IMG/VR virus record: IMGVR_UViG_3300021288_000002
Coordinates: 1,934-65,933 of that record
Reading direction: 5' to 3' (one strand)
DNA: 64,000 nt
From: a virus
Taxonomy: Duplodnaviria > Caudoviricetes
Position 1 is the stretch's first letter. Each line of letters begins with the position of its first letter. A program made the position numbers and the translations under genes. The notes below the pieces were generated by a model. It made no database searches, had not been told where the DNA came from, and saw nothing but the letters and a program-made list of their open reading frames with translations. Shown here piece by piece: positions 50,145 through 59,964 of the stretch.

Positions 50145-51482
50145 TTAGAAGTAGATTACACCTAATGGTGTTACTGGTACAGTTTTTTCTCTTGGTCCAT
50201 ATAGTCCGCCTCTCCACATGTCGGGGCAGTGGTCGTTTATTTTTAGGGGTTTGTCTTCTCCGCGTTGTTGGGCTTTTTTATCCCAACTATAGGTTTGTGC
50301 TTGACTTATGCTGTTGGTGCAGTCTTGATGTATAAGGAATCTGTTATTGTTGAATAGGTCTTGTGTTTTCTTGATGTCCTCATATGTATCTGGGGCATAA
50401 GTCTTGACTTTCAATTTTAACCGACTATCTTTTTGACAAGCGGTCTTTAAACTTGCTGCATCATGAGGTAGGAATAATGTACTGTTCTCATTTAACTCGT
50501 ACTTATCCTGTAAAACTATGATATCATCAACACGCTCACTATCAGACTGGGTTACACCAATGTCTTCAGCGTCATAGTAGGTTTCCTCAAGGAGATAATA
50601 TTTGTTCCCTTGATTGATGTCTCTGTGAATACCCATAACACCAAAAGTAGTCACAGTTGAAACACCATAATCACAGCAGATGTTGATTTCATGGAGTTGT
50701 TGATCTGTTGGGAATTCATTCTTCAGATAATTCCAACTAAACACATTCTGAGTAGTGTCAAAGCTATCATAAATAGCTCCTTCAGCTATTACCCATTCAC
50801 CCAAAATATTCCGTTTATAAAATACTTCAGATTTCTGGTTAACACGCTTCAACTCTTCAACATACTCGGCCGGTAAATTCGGATTATCATCCAACAAGAA
50901 CTTCCAAGTCTTAACAGTACCGGCCTGCAATAATTCATGATTGTTAATGTAATTAGTGAAAATATAATGATAAGGCGAATCAGGGTTAGTGTTCCAGAAC
51001 ATCTTAGCCCCAACATCACTGCAACGACTGATGGCCATGTCTACCGCAGATTTAGGACACCTTGCAATCTCATCCGCAAGCCATCCACCAACACTCATAC
51101 CGGCAATAACATCAACAGCTTTCTCATCATTGAACCCCATACAGTAACAGGTCTTACCATCAATGATTAATTCACCATCATGAGCACGGAAATCATAAGG
51201 TATATCCTCAGTATTCATCATTGCCATTAAAGGTTTCAAAACATTACGTTTCAATGATTGTGATGTTTTACCAGATATGAGGAATTCATCAGATTTGGAT
51301 TCTGCAAGAAAAGTTAACCATCTGGCATTACATGTAATAGTTTTACCTGACCTTACTGATCCGAATGCAATGTTAATCCAAGCATCACTATTGCGGAAGA
51401 AATCTACTGCGGTACGACCAAACTCACCATATTCAAAATATGTTTTAGTCTCCTTCATCTTCTCGCCTGTGCTTATCTTCAC
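50145..51482 (-). CDS. terL: terminase large subunit
   Basis: GSVRSGKT Walker A, WLADE Walker B, TNP, DYG, DHCPD nuclease motifs. Confidence 0.95.
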   Translation of the reverse strand: MKISTGEKMKETKTYFEYGEFGRTAVDFFRNSDAWINIAFGSVRSGKTITCNARWLTFLAESKSDEFLISGKTSQSLKRNVLKPLMAMMNTEDIPYDFRAHDGELIIDGKTCYCMGFNDEKAVDVIAGMSVGGWLADEIARCPKSAVDMAISRCSDVGAKMFWNTNPDSPYHYIFTNYINNHELLQAGTVKTWKFLLDDNPNLPAEYVEELKRVNQKSEVFYKRNILGEWVIAEGAIYDSFDTTQNVFSWNYLKNEFPTDQQLHEINICCDYGVSTVTTFGVMGIHRDINQGNKYYLLEETYYDAEDIGVTQSDSERVDDIIVLQDKYELNENSTLFLPHDAASLKTACQKDSRLKLKVKTYAPDTYEDIKKTQDLFNNNRFLIHQDCTNSISQAQTYSWDKKAQQRGEDKPLKINDHCPDMWRGGLYGPREKTVPVTPLGVIYF

Positions 51483-51852
51483 TTGATTTTATAGCATCAG
51501 CAAGACCTGATAAACCTTTGTGATTAACATCAGCTTCAATTTTTTCTTTCTTACCATACATGTCAGGATGTCTTCTTTCTAACATCCATGCTGCTGCTTG
51601 CCAATGTTCCATACTAGCTGAAACAATGACTTGTTCAAAATTGAATAATGCTTTCTTTTTGGATGTTTCAACACATTCTTTGAATTTGACAAATTTAGTT
51701 TTAGTCTTTGCTTCCTCTGCTCTATGAATCCAATTATAATAAGTTTTTTCAGTTATTCCAACATGCCCACAAGCACCTAATATGCTCGCTCCATTTTCTA
51801 AAGCTTTACAAAACTCTTCTTGCAATTGTGGAGTTAATTTAGTCTTTGCCAT
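51445..51852 (-). CDS. terS: terminase small subunit
   Basis: N-terminal HTH (GITEKTYYNW), WQAAAWMLERR. Confidence 0.8.
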   Translation of the reverse strand: MAKTKLTPQLQEEFCKALENGASILGACGHVGITEKTYYNWIHRAEEAKTKTKFVKFKECVETSKKKALFNFEQVIVSASMEHWQAAAWMLERRHPDMYGKKEKIEADVNHKGLSGLADAIKSSEDKHRREDEGD

Positions 51853-51910
51853 AAGGAATAACCTCCCTTTTTTTATATACTATAAAATCCTATAAAAGAA
51901 TAAAAAAAAA

Positions 51911-52928
51911 TTATTCAATTTTATCAAGAATATTATACCTGATGTGCTCTGCAATAGCTTTCATCAGGTTGGGTGGTACACTATTTCCAATTCTTTCTTT
52001 GATTTGATTATCCGAACCTATCCACTTGAAAGTGTTAGGAGGATAAGTGAAAGATTGAAGTATACTGAGTTCCTGCACATCAAGTTCCCTATTTTCTTTG
52101 TAATGGACCAATTGTGGTTTTCGTGTGATTGTTGGACATGGTCTATTGGGTCTTACCCTATTAAATATCCCGAGTCTTTGTTGGAAAATGTGGTAACTCA
52201 CCGGATTTTTGACCTGGTCTCAAGTAATGTGCATATCTTGTAATACTTGAATTATTAGGTTTAATTTTATTTTCCAAATGTCCAATTGCTTCACGAACAG
52301 TGATTGGTTTGCTTGTTGGTTTAGGATGACTTGCCGGTATGCCTAAATCCTTCCTAACTCCAATAAAAATCATCCTTTGCCTTGAAGTAGGACAATTATA
52401 ATATTGTGCATTCATTAATTTTGCACGAACATCATAACCTGATGCTTTTAATTGGGTTAATATGTCTTTGAATATGATTTTCATATTACCTTTAATCATT
52501 CCAGAGACATTCTCCATTACGAATGTCTTAGGGTATAAACCACGAAGTAATCGAACATATTCATGGTACAATTGATTTTTTGTATCGCAGAAATCTCTAG
52601 CTCCTGCGGTACTGAACCCTTGACATGGTGGTGAACCATCAAACAGATCAAGTTCTCCAGGTATTAGTCCAGTTGTTTCCAGTACTTTTTCAACACTTAA
52701 CTTATGAATGTCACCATAGTATACTGGTGTTTTTGGGAAGTTTTTTTGATATGTTGCAACTGCATGTGTATCTATTTCAACTGCTAACAATACTTCATAT
52801 CCGGCTAACTTGTAACCGTAACTTGACCCTCCGCATCCGCTAAATGTTGATATGACTTTTGGTTTATGGTTATGAGTAGTCCTCTTTTGGGAGTTCATAG
52901 CCACACCTTGGACAAGTAATGGTTTCAA
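51911..52928 (-). pseudogene. DNA cytosine-5 methyltransferase split by a +1 frameshift (ORFs 52161-52928 and 51911-52201)
   Basis: Motifs I FSGCGG, IV PPCQGFS, VI ENV, VIII RQR in ORF1; IX-X (RELDVQE..LQSF, IGNSVPP) in ORF2. Confidence 0.8.
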
Positions 52929-53496
52929 TACTATCTGCTATGGATTCATCATATTCCGGTTCTTCTTCAGGTATTATCATTGATGAATCTAATGTTACTT
53001 CTTCATCTTCTTGTGCAAGTGTGTCATTGTTTAACTTGTTGTTTAATCCTGTGAAGCCGGTTATTTCAGAGTTGTCGAATCCGGTTAAACCCATTTGGTT
53101 AAATCCTGATTCTTGTAAGTCATTGAAGACTTGGTGTAATTTTTCTTCATTCCAGTCTCCACTTACACGATTCAGTACTAGGTTTAATGCTTTTTCCATA
53201 TCTTCAGAGTCTAATGTTTTGTCATTGTCTGGGAATACCCATCCGTAACTTTCATTTAATCTGAGTAGGTTTAGCTCTGCATATAAATCATTATCTAATA
53301 AGTGTTCATCGAATATTACATCGAATCTTTGATGTCCTCCGATGATACGATTATTGGATAGGTTGATTAGTATTGGTTCTACTATTCCAAAGTTGTCAAT
53401 ACTGTTTTTTAATTTGGTTTTTTCTTCTGGACTGATTTGTCTAGGGTTGTAATCTGCTGGTACTATGTCGGTTAGTTTTATTTTTTCGATTTTCAC
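52870..53496 (-). CDS. ParB-like N-terminal domain protein
   Basis: PADYNPR...FGIVEPI.IN....IIGGHQR. Confidence 0.85.
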   Translation of the reverse strand: MKIEKIKLTDIVPADYNPRQISPEEKTKLKNSIDNFGIVEPILINLSNNRIIGGHQRFDVIFDEHLLDNDLYAELNLLRLNESYGWVFPDNDKTLDSEDMEKALNLVLNRVSGDWNEEKLHQVFNDLQESGFNQMGLTGFDNSEITGFTGLNNKLNNDTLAQEDEEVTLDSSMIIPEEEPEYDESIADSIETITCPRCGYELPKEDYS

Positions 53497-53607
53497 TTTT
53501 ATTCACTTTCCTAACGCTTTTTATACCAAACCCTAAATATCATTTATATAATTTAAATGAACGTGAAAAAAATATAATATAAAATAATAAAATTTGGGAT
53601 GTTTTTT

Positions 53608-54036
53608 TTATAATCCCCAAAATTTCAATATTACTGTTACTACAAGTGTAACAATTGGTGTTCCTACACTAAAGATAGTTAACATAGTGTTACGGAAACT
53701 ATTAACACTACTTTTAAAATCAGTGAATCCTAATTTTAATGCAGTAATTTCATTTTTCAATCCTTCAATTTCATTGTCATTAGCTTCTCTTTCTTCTTGA
53801 GATTTTTTTAATAAAATTTTTAATTCTGTGACTTCGGTAAGCAATTTTATTTGAGTCTCCCTATCACGTATCAATTCCTTATTGATACTGTATATATCAT
53901 CTTTTTTTCCATCGACTCTTGCACTTAATTCAGCATTTTCAGCTTTCAAGTCTATGATTTCTTTTTCAAGAGATGTTATTTTTTCTTGTTGTATGCAGGG
54001 AATATTTTCATGACTTGGTGTCATCTTTATCACCAT
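53608..54036 (-). CDS. coiled-coil protein with C-terminal TM helix
   Basis: Heptad pattern, hydrophobic C-terminus. Confidence 0.6.
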   Translation of the reverse strand: MVIKMTPSHENIPCIQQEKITSLEKEIIDLKAENAELSARVDGKKDDIYSINKELIRDRETQIKLLTEVTELKILLKKSQEEREANDNEIEGLKNEITALKLGFTDFKSSVNSFRNTMLTIFSVGTPIVTLVVTVILKFWGL

Positions 54037-54104
54037 TTATGTTTTCATATTCTCCTGCAGGGTCAATGTCTTCTATAATGTTTTCATCATCATTATAGTT
54101 GTTT

Positions 54105-54473
54105 TTAGCATTCATCGTCTTCACCAACTATTTCATCTTCAATTACTTCAGGTTCAATTTCGATAGTTGGATCATCATCTTCAATTTTGGTTTCGATTAT
54201 TTCTGGAGTTTCATCTTCAGTATTGTCATCTTCAATTTCTTTATCAAATATTGATAATATTTTTTTGAAGTGTGTCCATCTGTAATCATTTTTGAAGTAT
54301 GAATCTAATACTGAATATATAAATCCTAAAACTATACCAAGATATCCTGCAAGTTCTACTTCATTGACTGGTAAGTTAATTCCTTTTGCTGCAAGCATTG
54401 CCAGGGTTTTTCCTGCGAACATGATTAGTAGGAATTTTCCTATTGTGGTTCCATTACCTTTAATATTTGCCAT
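54105..54473 (-). CDS. putative holin
   Basis: Two TM segments plus acidic tail; inference. Confidence 0.5.
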   Translation of the reverse strand: MANIKGNGTTIGKFLLIMFAGKTLAMLAAKGINLPVNEVELAGYLGIVLGFIYSVLDSYFKNDYRWTHFKKILSIFDKEIEDDNTEDETPEIIETKIEDDDPTIEIEPEVIEDEIVGEDDEC

Positions 54474-54593
54474 AATTATTTTCCCTCCTAAATAAATAGA
54501 GTTGAATCTTTTTTTTATTATCTTTAAAAAAGAATAAGAAAATGGATTTAAATGTGGAAATAATGAATCTTTTTAAGAAAAAAAATTAATTTT

Positions 54594-54782
54594 TTATAAT
54601 ATTAGTATACCGTAGGGAAGGTCGAGTCTTTGCCCAGCTGTGTATGCTATACTTGCCCTTGTGATTAATCCACATTTAGTACAGTATTCATATGATCTGT
54701 CTTCACTCAATTTGATTGTGAGTGTTTGACATTCTGGGCATTTTTCAATATTCTCATAAAATTCTTCGTCTTCCTCGCACAT
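54594..54782 (-). CDS. TFIIB-type zinc-ribbon protein
   Basis: CPEC...EYCTKCGLI. Confidence 0.7.
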   Translation of the reverse strand: MCEEDEEFYENIEKCPECQTLTIKLSEDRSYEYCTKCGLITRASIAYTAGQRLDLPYGILIL

Positions 54783-54999
54783 ATCTAATCTAAAAAAAAA
54801 CTGAAAAAATATTTTATCCTTTTCTATATTAGTAAGATGTGCCGTAGTGGAAACATAAAAAAAAGAGGAAAAAGGAAAAAAATATCAAGACTAGTCCTGA
54901 CTAGAAAATAATATATATTTATATACTAGTTAATATAGAAAATATATCAACTAAAAACTTTTTTTGTTTCTTTTTTAAAAAAAGAAAAAGTGACAAAAA

Positions 55000-55344
55000 T
55001 TAAAACCAATCATCATCATTCTTAGACGGAACAATCTTAATTTTAACACAATCCTCAAAATAACCAATCTCCAACTTAAAAACCATAGTAAACATCGAAG
55101 TCATATTAATAACCAACTCATCAGTCACCAAACCATCCTTAAAGAAATTATAGAAACTTGGCCTTCCCTCTATCTCTAACCTGCCATCAGGATAAACAAT
55201 CAAAGCATCAGGAAACAACATCTGCAAAAGAATATGACACTTCTCACCAGTATCCTTCTTTAAAAACTCAACATAACCATCATTACGATTACCCTCAATC
55301 TCTTTACAAGTTATTTTAATCATAATACGCACGCTCCCACTCAA
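55000..55344 (-). CDS. hypothetical protein
   Basis: ORF in operon. Confidence 0.5.
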   Translation of the reverse strand: MSGSVRIMIKITCKEIEGNRNDGYVEFLKKDTGEKCHILLQMLFPDALIVYPDGRLEIEGRPSFYNFFKDGLVTDELVINMTSMFTMVFKLEIGYFEDCVKIKIVPSKNDDDWF

Positions 55345-55675
55345 AAAAATAAAAAAACCTTTTATTCACTTTAACACGATGAACAACATCATCTACTAAA
55401 GTAAAAACTAAACAATCCTCATAAACATCCAATCGTTTTAATGTATTCAAAGGAAATGAAATATCTTTCCTTTTTTTACCAACATTTTCACCAAACCTGT
55501 TTTTAACAACTTCCCATTCATTACATGAAACAGTTAAATCAGCAAAATACACTACATTGGTTTGACTGAAGAACTCTGTTAAACTATTTATCAAACTGGT
55601 AACTTCATTGTTAACAACAGGACCATGCATATACAACATTGGTGGAGTTAAAGTAACATTATCTGCGGTTATCAT
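55316..55675 (-). CDS. hypothetical protein
   Basis: ORF in operon. Confidence 0.5.
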   Translation of the reverse strand: MITADNVTLTPPMLYMHGPVVNNEVTSLINSLTEFFSQTNVVYFADLTVSCNEWEVVKNRFGENVGKKRKDISFPLNTLKRLDVYEDCLVFTLVDDVVHRVKVNKRFFYFFEWERAYYD

Positions 55676-56163
55676 CTTTTACCCTCTCTCACTAATACTT
55701 CATGGTCACTTTTACCGTATTCTCTGGGTACAATAGGGCATCTTTCCATGAATCCTAATGTTAATCTGCATAATATTATTTCAAAAACATGATCTGTTAA
55801 TCCATATTCTTTGCAGACTTTCCAATTTGTGACTTTGGTTCTGCTGTCTTCAACTTTTTTCACAAAGAAAATAAATGCTAATATTATTGTTTCTTCGCTT
55901 GCTTGTTTATGCAGTTCTTTAAATCTGTTGTTGAAATCATAGATTAAATCTTTAACTAATCTGTATTGATTTGGAGTTAATGTTAATGGTTTGGATTCGT
56001 ATAATAATTCATCCAATAATAAATAACGGTTTTTCAATTTCCGGTTTTGTTTCATTTTCCTATTTCTTTCTCGACTTCTTCTTTCACCTTTAACATAATT
56101 ATTATCATAAGATGGGTTGTTTTCATATAAGTCTAATAGGAATTCTATTCCACGGTCTCCCAT
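55672..56163 (-). CDS. hypothetical protein, possible TFB cyclin-repeat-like domain
   Basis: ASEETIILAFIFFVKK...RTKV....CKEYGLT loosely resembles the TFB repeat. Confidence 0.35.
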   Translation of the reverse strand: MGDRGIEFLLDLYENNPSYDNNYVKGERRSRERNRKMKQNRKLKNRYLLLDELLYESKPLTLTPNQYRLVKDLIYDFNNRFKELHKQASEETIILAFIFFVKKVEDSRTKVTNWKVCKEYGLTDHVFEIILCRLTLGFMERCPIVPREYGKSDHEVLVREGKR

Positions 56164-56182
56164 GTTCTGTTTTCCCTCCTTT

Positions 56183-56833
56183 TTAATCTATTTTTTGTAT
56201 TTTCCATATTTTATTGTCTGTATCAAGTTTGCTTTGATATAAATCCATGTTGTCATTGCATTTTGTGGAGTGTGCTGCACATGCATAGATAGCGTTTGTT
56301 ACTTTGAATCTTGCTGAGTTTGAACGTGGTGGACTCATTAGCTTATAATGTATATTGCTACTAGTGTGTAAACTTCCGTATGCTATGTCTCTTGCAGTTC
56401 CACTTGCAAAATAATCGCTTGTTATTTCAATAATGCCTAAATTAAATTCAACAGAATACATTTTGTCCTGATATATGATTAGTAATTCCCAATCTACACC
56501 ATCAATTCCATTGAAATCTTGGATGAAATTGTATTTTCTAAGGTAACTGTTTAATGATGGGATTAAATTTTTATGTAAATATTTAAAGAATGTATCTTTA
56601 TCATCCATTGCAGGTGCTTTAAAAGTTTTCAATAATTCAAATAAACTATATACTCCACTGAAAGCTATAAGGAATTCATCTTCATCACTTGGAGGATTAA
56701 AGTGTATTATATTAAATTTTTTTATTAATATTTTTGAAGAGTTTTCATCCAGTATCATATTATCAGAGGTGACTCTTTTATCTGAACCTACAGTTATTCC
56801 GTTTTTATCTTTAACTGCAACTATAATAGTCAT
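56183..56833 (-). CDS. Ntn-hydrolase (proteasome beta/HslV-like) peptidase
   Basis: N-terminal Thr (MTIIVA), SDKRVT, AFSG, ASGT. Confidence 0.75.
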   Translation of the reverse strand: MTIIVAVKDKNGITVGSDKRVTSDNMILDENSSKILIKKFNIIHFNPPSDEDEFLIAFSGVYSLFELLKTFKAPAMDDKDTFFKYLHKNLIPSLNSYLRKYNFIQDFNGIDGVDWELLIIYQDKMYSVEFNLGIIEITSDYFASGTARDIAYGSLHTSSNIHYKLMSPPRSNSARFKVTNAIYACAAHSTKCNDNMDLYQSKLDTDNKIWKIQKID

Positions 56834-56850
56834 AAATATAACCTCCTATT

Positions 56851-57231
56851 TTATTTTAGGTTTAATTGTGACCTTATTCTATTGTTTAACATGTTTTTGA
56901 GCTCTATTGCTAATTGTTTGCAATCTTTTTCATTGAATATTTCATTTGGATATATATGTATGAATGGAGCATCGAAACATTCTAATTCTTGTATGGGGCC
57001 ATCATTATCTTTTATATCAACACGTATATCATTATAAATGTCATTTATTAGTTTTTCTCCATCTAATTTTAAAGTTACACTTTCATTGGTTATGTTTTTA
57101 ACATCTATGTATTCTTTTATCTTTGCTGAATCTAAATACACCATTTTTATAACTCTCCTATGCAGCGTCTTATTTTGCAAGAACTCCAAGTTTAACATAA
57201 TCATCCTTAAGATGTGGATTTTCATCCACAA
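56851..57231 (-). CDS. hypothetical protein (likely later start MVYLD)
   Basis: ORF track. Confidence 0.45.
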   Translation of the reverse strand: MWMKIHILRMIMLNLEFLQNKTLHRRVIKMVYLDSAKIKEYIDVKNITNESVTLKLDGEKLINDIYNDIRVDIKDNDGPIQELECFDAPFIHIYPNEIFNEKDCKQLAIELKNMLNNRIRSQLNLK

Positions 57232-57323
57232 CTTCCCGGATAATTCTTTTCACTTCATCTTTGTCAGCACATCGATAACTGTCCCAGCAGGTGCTAACAT
57301 ACATAATACTTTATCATATAACA

Positions 57324-57647
57324 TTATGAATCATCTACAACTTCAAATCTGTAATAGTAAATTCGGTCAAAATTATCTAATCTTGGATAAATTTTTAGTA
57401 ATGCTTCTTTTAACTCATTTAAATTATCATATCCTTCAAGCCTTGCATCTTCTTCATTTAAGTATTTGAATTGTTTATATCCAGCATCCGTAATCTTTAT
57501 CAATAATTCATTATTTGTTCCTGGAAATATCGCTTTTACAATTTCATCAACATTTAATCTTTTATTGTTTTTACGGATTGTTTGAGTTTTAATTCCATCA
57601 CTTATTGGTTGATAGTATTCTTTGTTGAATTTGATTAAGTTTAACAT
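57324..57647 (-). CDS. ASCH domain protein
   Basis: I.F..EY...I.DG.KTQTIR...ARLEG...L..LK..L..IY. Confidence 0.85.
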   Translation of the reverse strand: MLNLIKFNKEYYQPISDGIKTQTIRKNNKRLNVDEIVKAIFPGTNNELLIKITDAGYKQFKYLNEEDARLEGYDNLNELKEALLKIYPRLDNFDRIYYYRFEVVDDS

Positions 57648-57649
57648 TT

Positions 57650-57862
57650 TTAATGTCCTCTCCTTTTTTTAAAGTGTTGGCAGATTGGGTCATTGAATTT
57701 TAATTTGAGTGTTGGTGGAGCATTAGCTGGTGGTTCTTCACCCTCTGCCAAAGGTTCGGGTTGGTATATTTCATCAACTTTGCTGCAGTAATGGAAGAAA
57801 TTTCCTTGTTGATCTGTTTCACTTCTTGTGTAGTATTCACATTTTCCACAAATATTTACCAT
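57650..57862 (-). CDS. small Cys-rich protein
   Basis: CGKCEYY...C...C. Confidence 0.5.
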   Translation of the reverse strand: MVNICGKCEYYTRSETDQQGNFFHYCSKVDEIYQPEPLAEGEEPPANAPPTLKLKFNDPICQHFKKRRGH

Positions 57863-58299
57863 TTATTTTCCCCCTTTTTTACATCCTGGCCGTCCAATTG
57901 ATTTAATGTTACAAATGTTTCTTTTTTATCTGTTTTTAATTCTACAAGTTCCTCTTCAGTCATAGTGAAGAGTTCTAAGTAAAAGTTAATATAAGATTTT
58001 GCTTTAAGCAAATCTTTCACTGGGTTTTCTTTGTGTTCTGCACGAACAACATATTTGAGGATATTTCCTTTAAGAAATCCTATATACTCTTCTTCACTTA
58101 TTAAGCCTTGTTTCATTGCACCTATTGGTGATAATCCATTACCTGCATAGTAATCTGGTTCATTCATTATATGTTCCTCCATATGTTTAATTGAATAATT
58201 AAGAGCATCCAGTAAATGGTCTTCATTTACTGGTGGGTAAGGTATGCATCTGCAACGCCCCACTGGTTCAAATGATAATCCGCTGAATTTATCTATCAT
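57856..58299 (-). CDS. DUF3310-like phage protein
   Basis: HY...GFLKGNILKYVVRA..K.NP..DL.KA..Y. Confidence 0.7.
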   Translation of the reverse strand: MIDKFSGLSFEPVGRCRCIPYPPVNEDHLLDALNYSIKHMEEHIMNEPDYYAGNGLSPIGAMKQGLISEEEYIGFLKGNILKYVVRAEHKENPVKDLLKAKSYINFYLELFTMTEEELVELKTDKKETFVTLNQLDGQDVKKGENKW

Positions 58300-58302
58300 T
58301 TT

Positions 58303-58590
58303 TTAGATTGCCCCTAATTCAATTACATCTTCCTTATTAATAATAGAATATTCTAAGATGTTTTCAATCTTGAAAAATACATGAGTATTGTTCTTATAAA
58401 TAATTTCCAGTAAATCATCTGTGAAATTAATCTTATCCAATTGGTCTAAATTGAATATACTGTTAGCATCACGATAATCTAATTGTAAGCTTAAAACATA
58501 ATCTTTTGGATTTTCTAAGTTAGTAATTATTTTTTTTAGTTCTTCTCCAATATCGGAAGAATTTAAAAAATCAACTTTAATATTTACCAT
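58303..58590 (-). CDS. hypothetical protein
   Basis: ORF in operon. Confidence 0.5.
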   Translation of the reverse strand: MVNIKVDFLNSSDIGEELKKIITNLENPKDYVLSLQLDYRDANSIFNLDQLDKINFTDDLLEIIYKNNTHVFFKIENILEYSIINKEDVIELGAI

Positions 58591-58609
58591 AATTATTCAT
58601 ACTTCCTTT

Positions 58610-59131
58610 TTAATTCTTTTTCATCTTTTTTTTGGACAATATTGTTCCTTTGCTGTTTTGATAATGACTATTTAATCCACTACTACCATAAGGCCGGTTT
58701 ACTGGACTGGTTAGTGTGTGGAATACTATTTGTGCTATTGGCATATCTTTCTGTAATCTGAATGGTTCATCACTGAGGTTTGCCATTTCCAATGTGATGT
58801 TTCCATGAAAGCCAGCATCAATGTATCCTGCTGTTACATGTGCAGTTATTCCAAGACGGCCAAGGCTGCTTTTACCATCAACTACTGCAACAAGATCATC
58901 AGGTATTACAACATATTCTCTTGTACTTCCAAGTATGAAATCACCTGGTTCCAAAACAAGATAACTGTATGGTTTTAGATTATATTGTTGGCCTTGAATT
59001 GTTTTCAATTCTTCAGATAGATGTAAATCAATACTGCACGGTTGAATGTCATTATCATCTAAGGGTTCTATGATTAAATCTTTCTGTAATCGTATTCTTT
59101 CGAGAATTGTTTTATCAGATAATATGCTCAT
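58610..59131 (-). CDS. dcd: dCTP deaminase
   Basis: QPCSIDL, GKSSLGRLG, AGYIDAGFHGNITLE, IAQIVF. Confidence 0.9.
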   Translation of the reverse strand: MSILSDKTILERIRLQKDLIIEPLDDNDIQPCSIDLHLSEELKTIQGQQYNLKPYSYLVLEPGDFILGSTREYVVIPDDLVAVVDGKSSLGRLGITAHVTAGYIDAGFHGNITLEMANLSDEPFRLQKDMPIAQIVFHTLTSPVNRPYGSSGLNSHYQNSKGTILSKKKMKKN

Positions 59132-59808
59132 TTTTTCTTCCTCTTTCTTTTTATTGCTCTCATCACTATGCCTGCAGTTTTACTTCCAATTCCTTTAATT
59201 TCTTGTAATTTATTATTATTTAAATTTAAAAGGTCATCTAAGTCATAAACATCAAGAGCATTTACAATTAATTCTGCCGTATCATCACCAATGTGCTTAA
59301 CGCCCATTAAATAGTTGAATGCAGGATTATCTGTTTTTTGAGGTAATCTTTTCACAACACGTTTGTTATCTAAGCATTTCCTTGCTTGTATTCTCATGAA
59401 CATGATTGCTTGATGTTCTGTACTGGCTTCAATAACTGTGGTGTATGTGTTTAACCTTGCGATTGCTCCTTTGTATTGTTGCCATGTGAATTCTGGCCAT
59501 TCTGCATCATGGAATTGGTCATATAATTCTTTTTCGCTTGCAACAATTATTACAAAATGATAAGGGAAAGTTTTTGTTTGGTCGATTGCTTGGTTGAACA
59601 CTCTTGATTCTTTAACTGATTTAATGAAATCTTCTAATGTCTTATACTCGAATACTACTTGATTATTGAAGATATAATCACCAATGAGCAGTTCTTTTAT
59701 TTGGACATTATCTCCTTGGTTTTTGTAGTATTGTTTTGCTTTTTCTAATCGTGGAGTGTTTTCACGATGATCCATTAGAATGTTAAAGTTTTTTATTTTC
59801 ATCTGCAT
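59128..59808 (-). CDS. ERCC4/XPF-family nuclease with HhH
   Basis: DHRE, GDY, EYKTLEDF..S..RVFNQ, GIG HhH motifs. Confidence 0.85.
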   Translation of the reverse strand: MQMKIKNFNILMDHRENTPRLEKAKQYYKNQGDNVQIKELLIGDYIFNNQVVFEYKTLEDFIKSVKESRVFNQAIDQTKTFPYHFVIIVASEKELYDQFHDAEWPEFTWQQYKGAIARLNTYTTVIEASTEHQAIMFMRIQARKCLDNKRVVKRLPQKTDNPAFNYLMGVKHIGDDTAELIVNALDVYDLDDLLNLNNNKLQEIKGIGSKTAGIVMRAIKRKRKKK

Positions 59809-59964
59809 ACTCCTGTAATTCTTTCATAAATTGTTCATGACGATATTTTCGCATTTGCTCTTCCAGATTATAACCAAATAGTTCATAAGCTATAAAAAAC
59901 CCTATTAAGATTGATGTTAATGATATGATTACTGTTTCAATGTATCCAATAAGTATTATCATAT

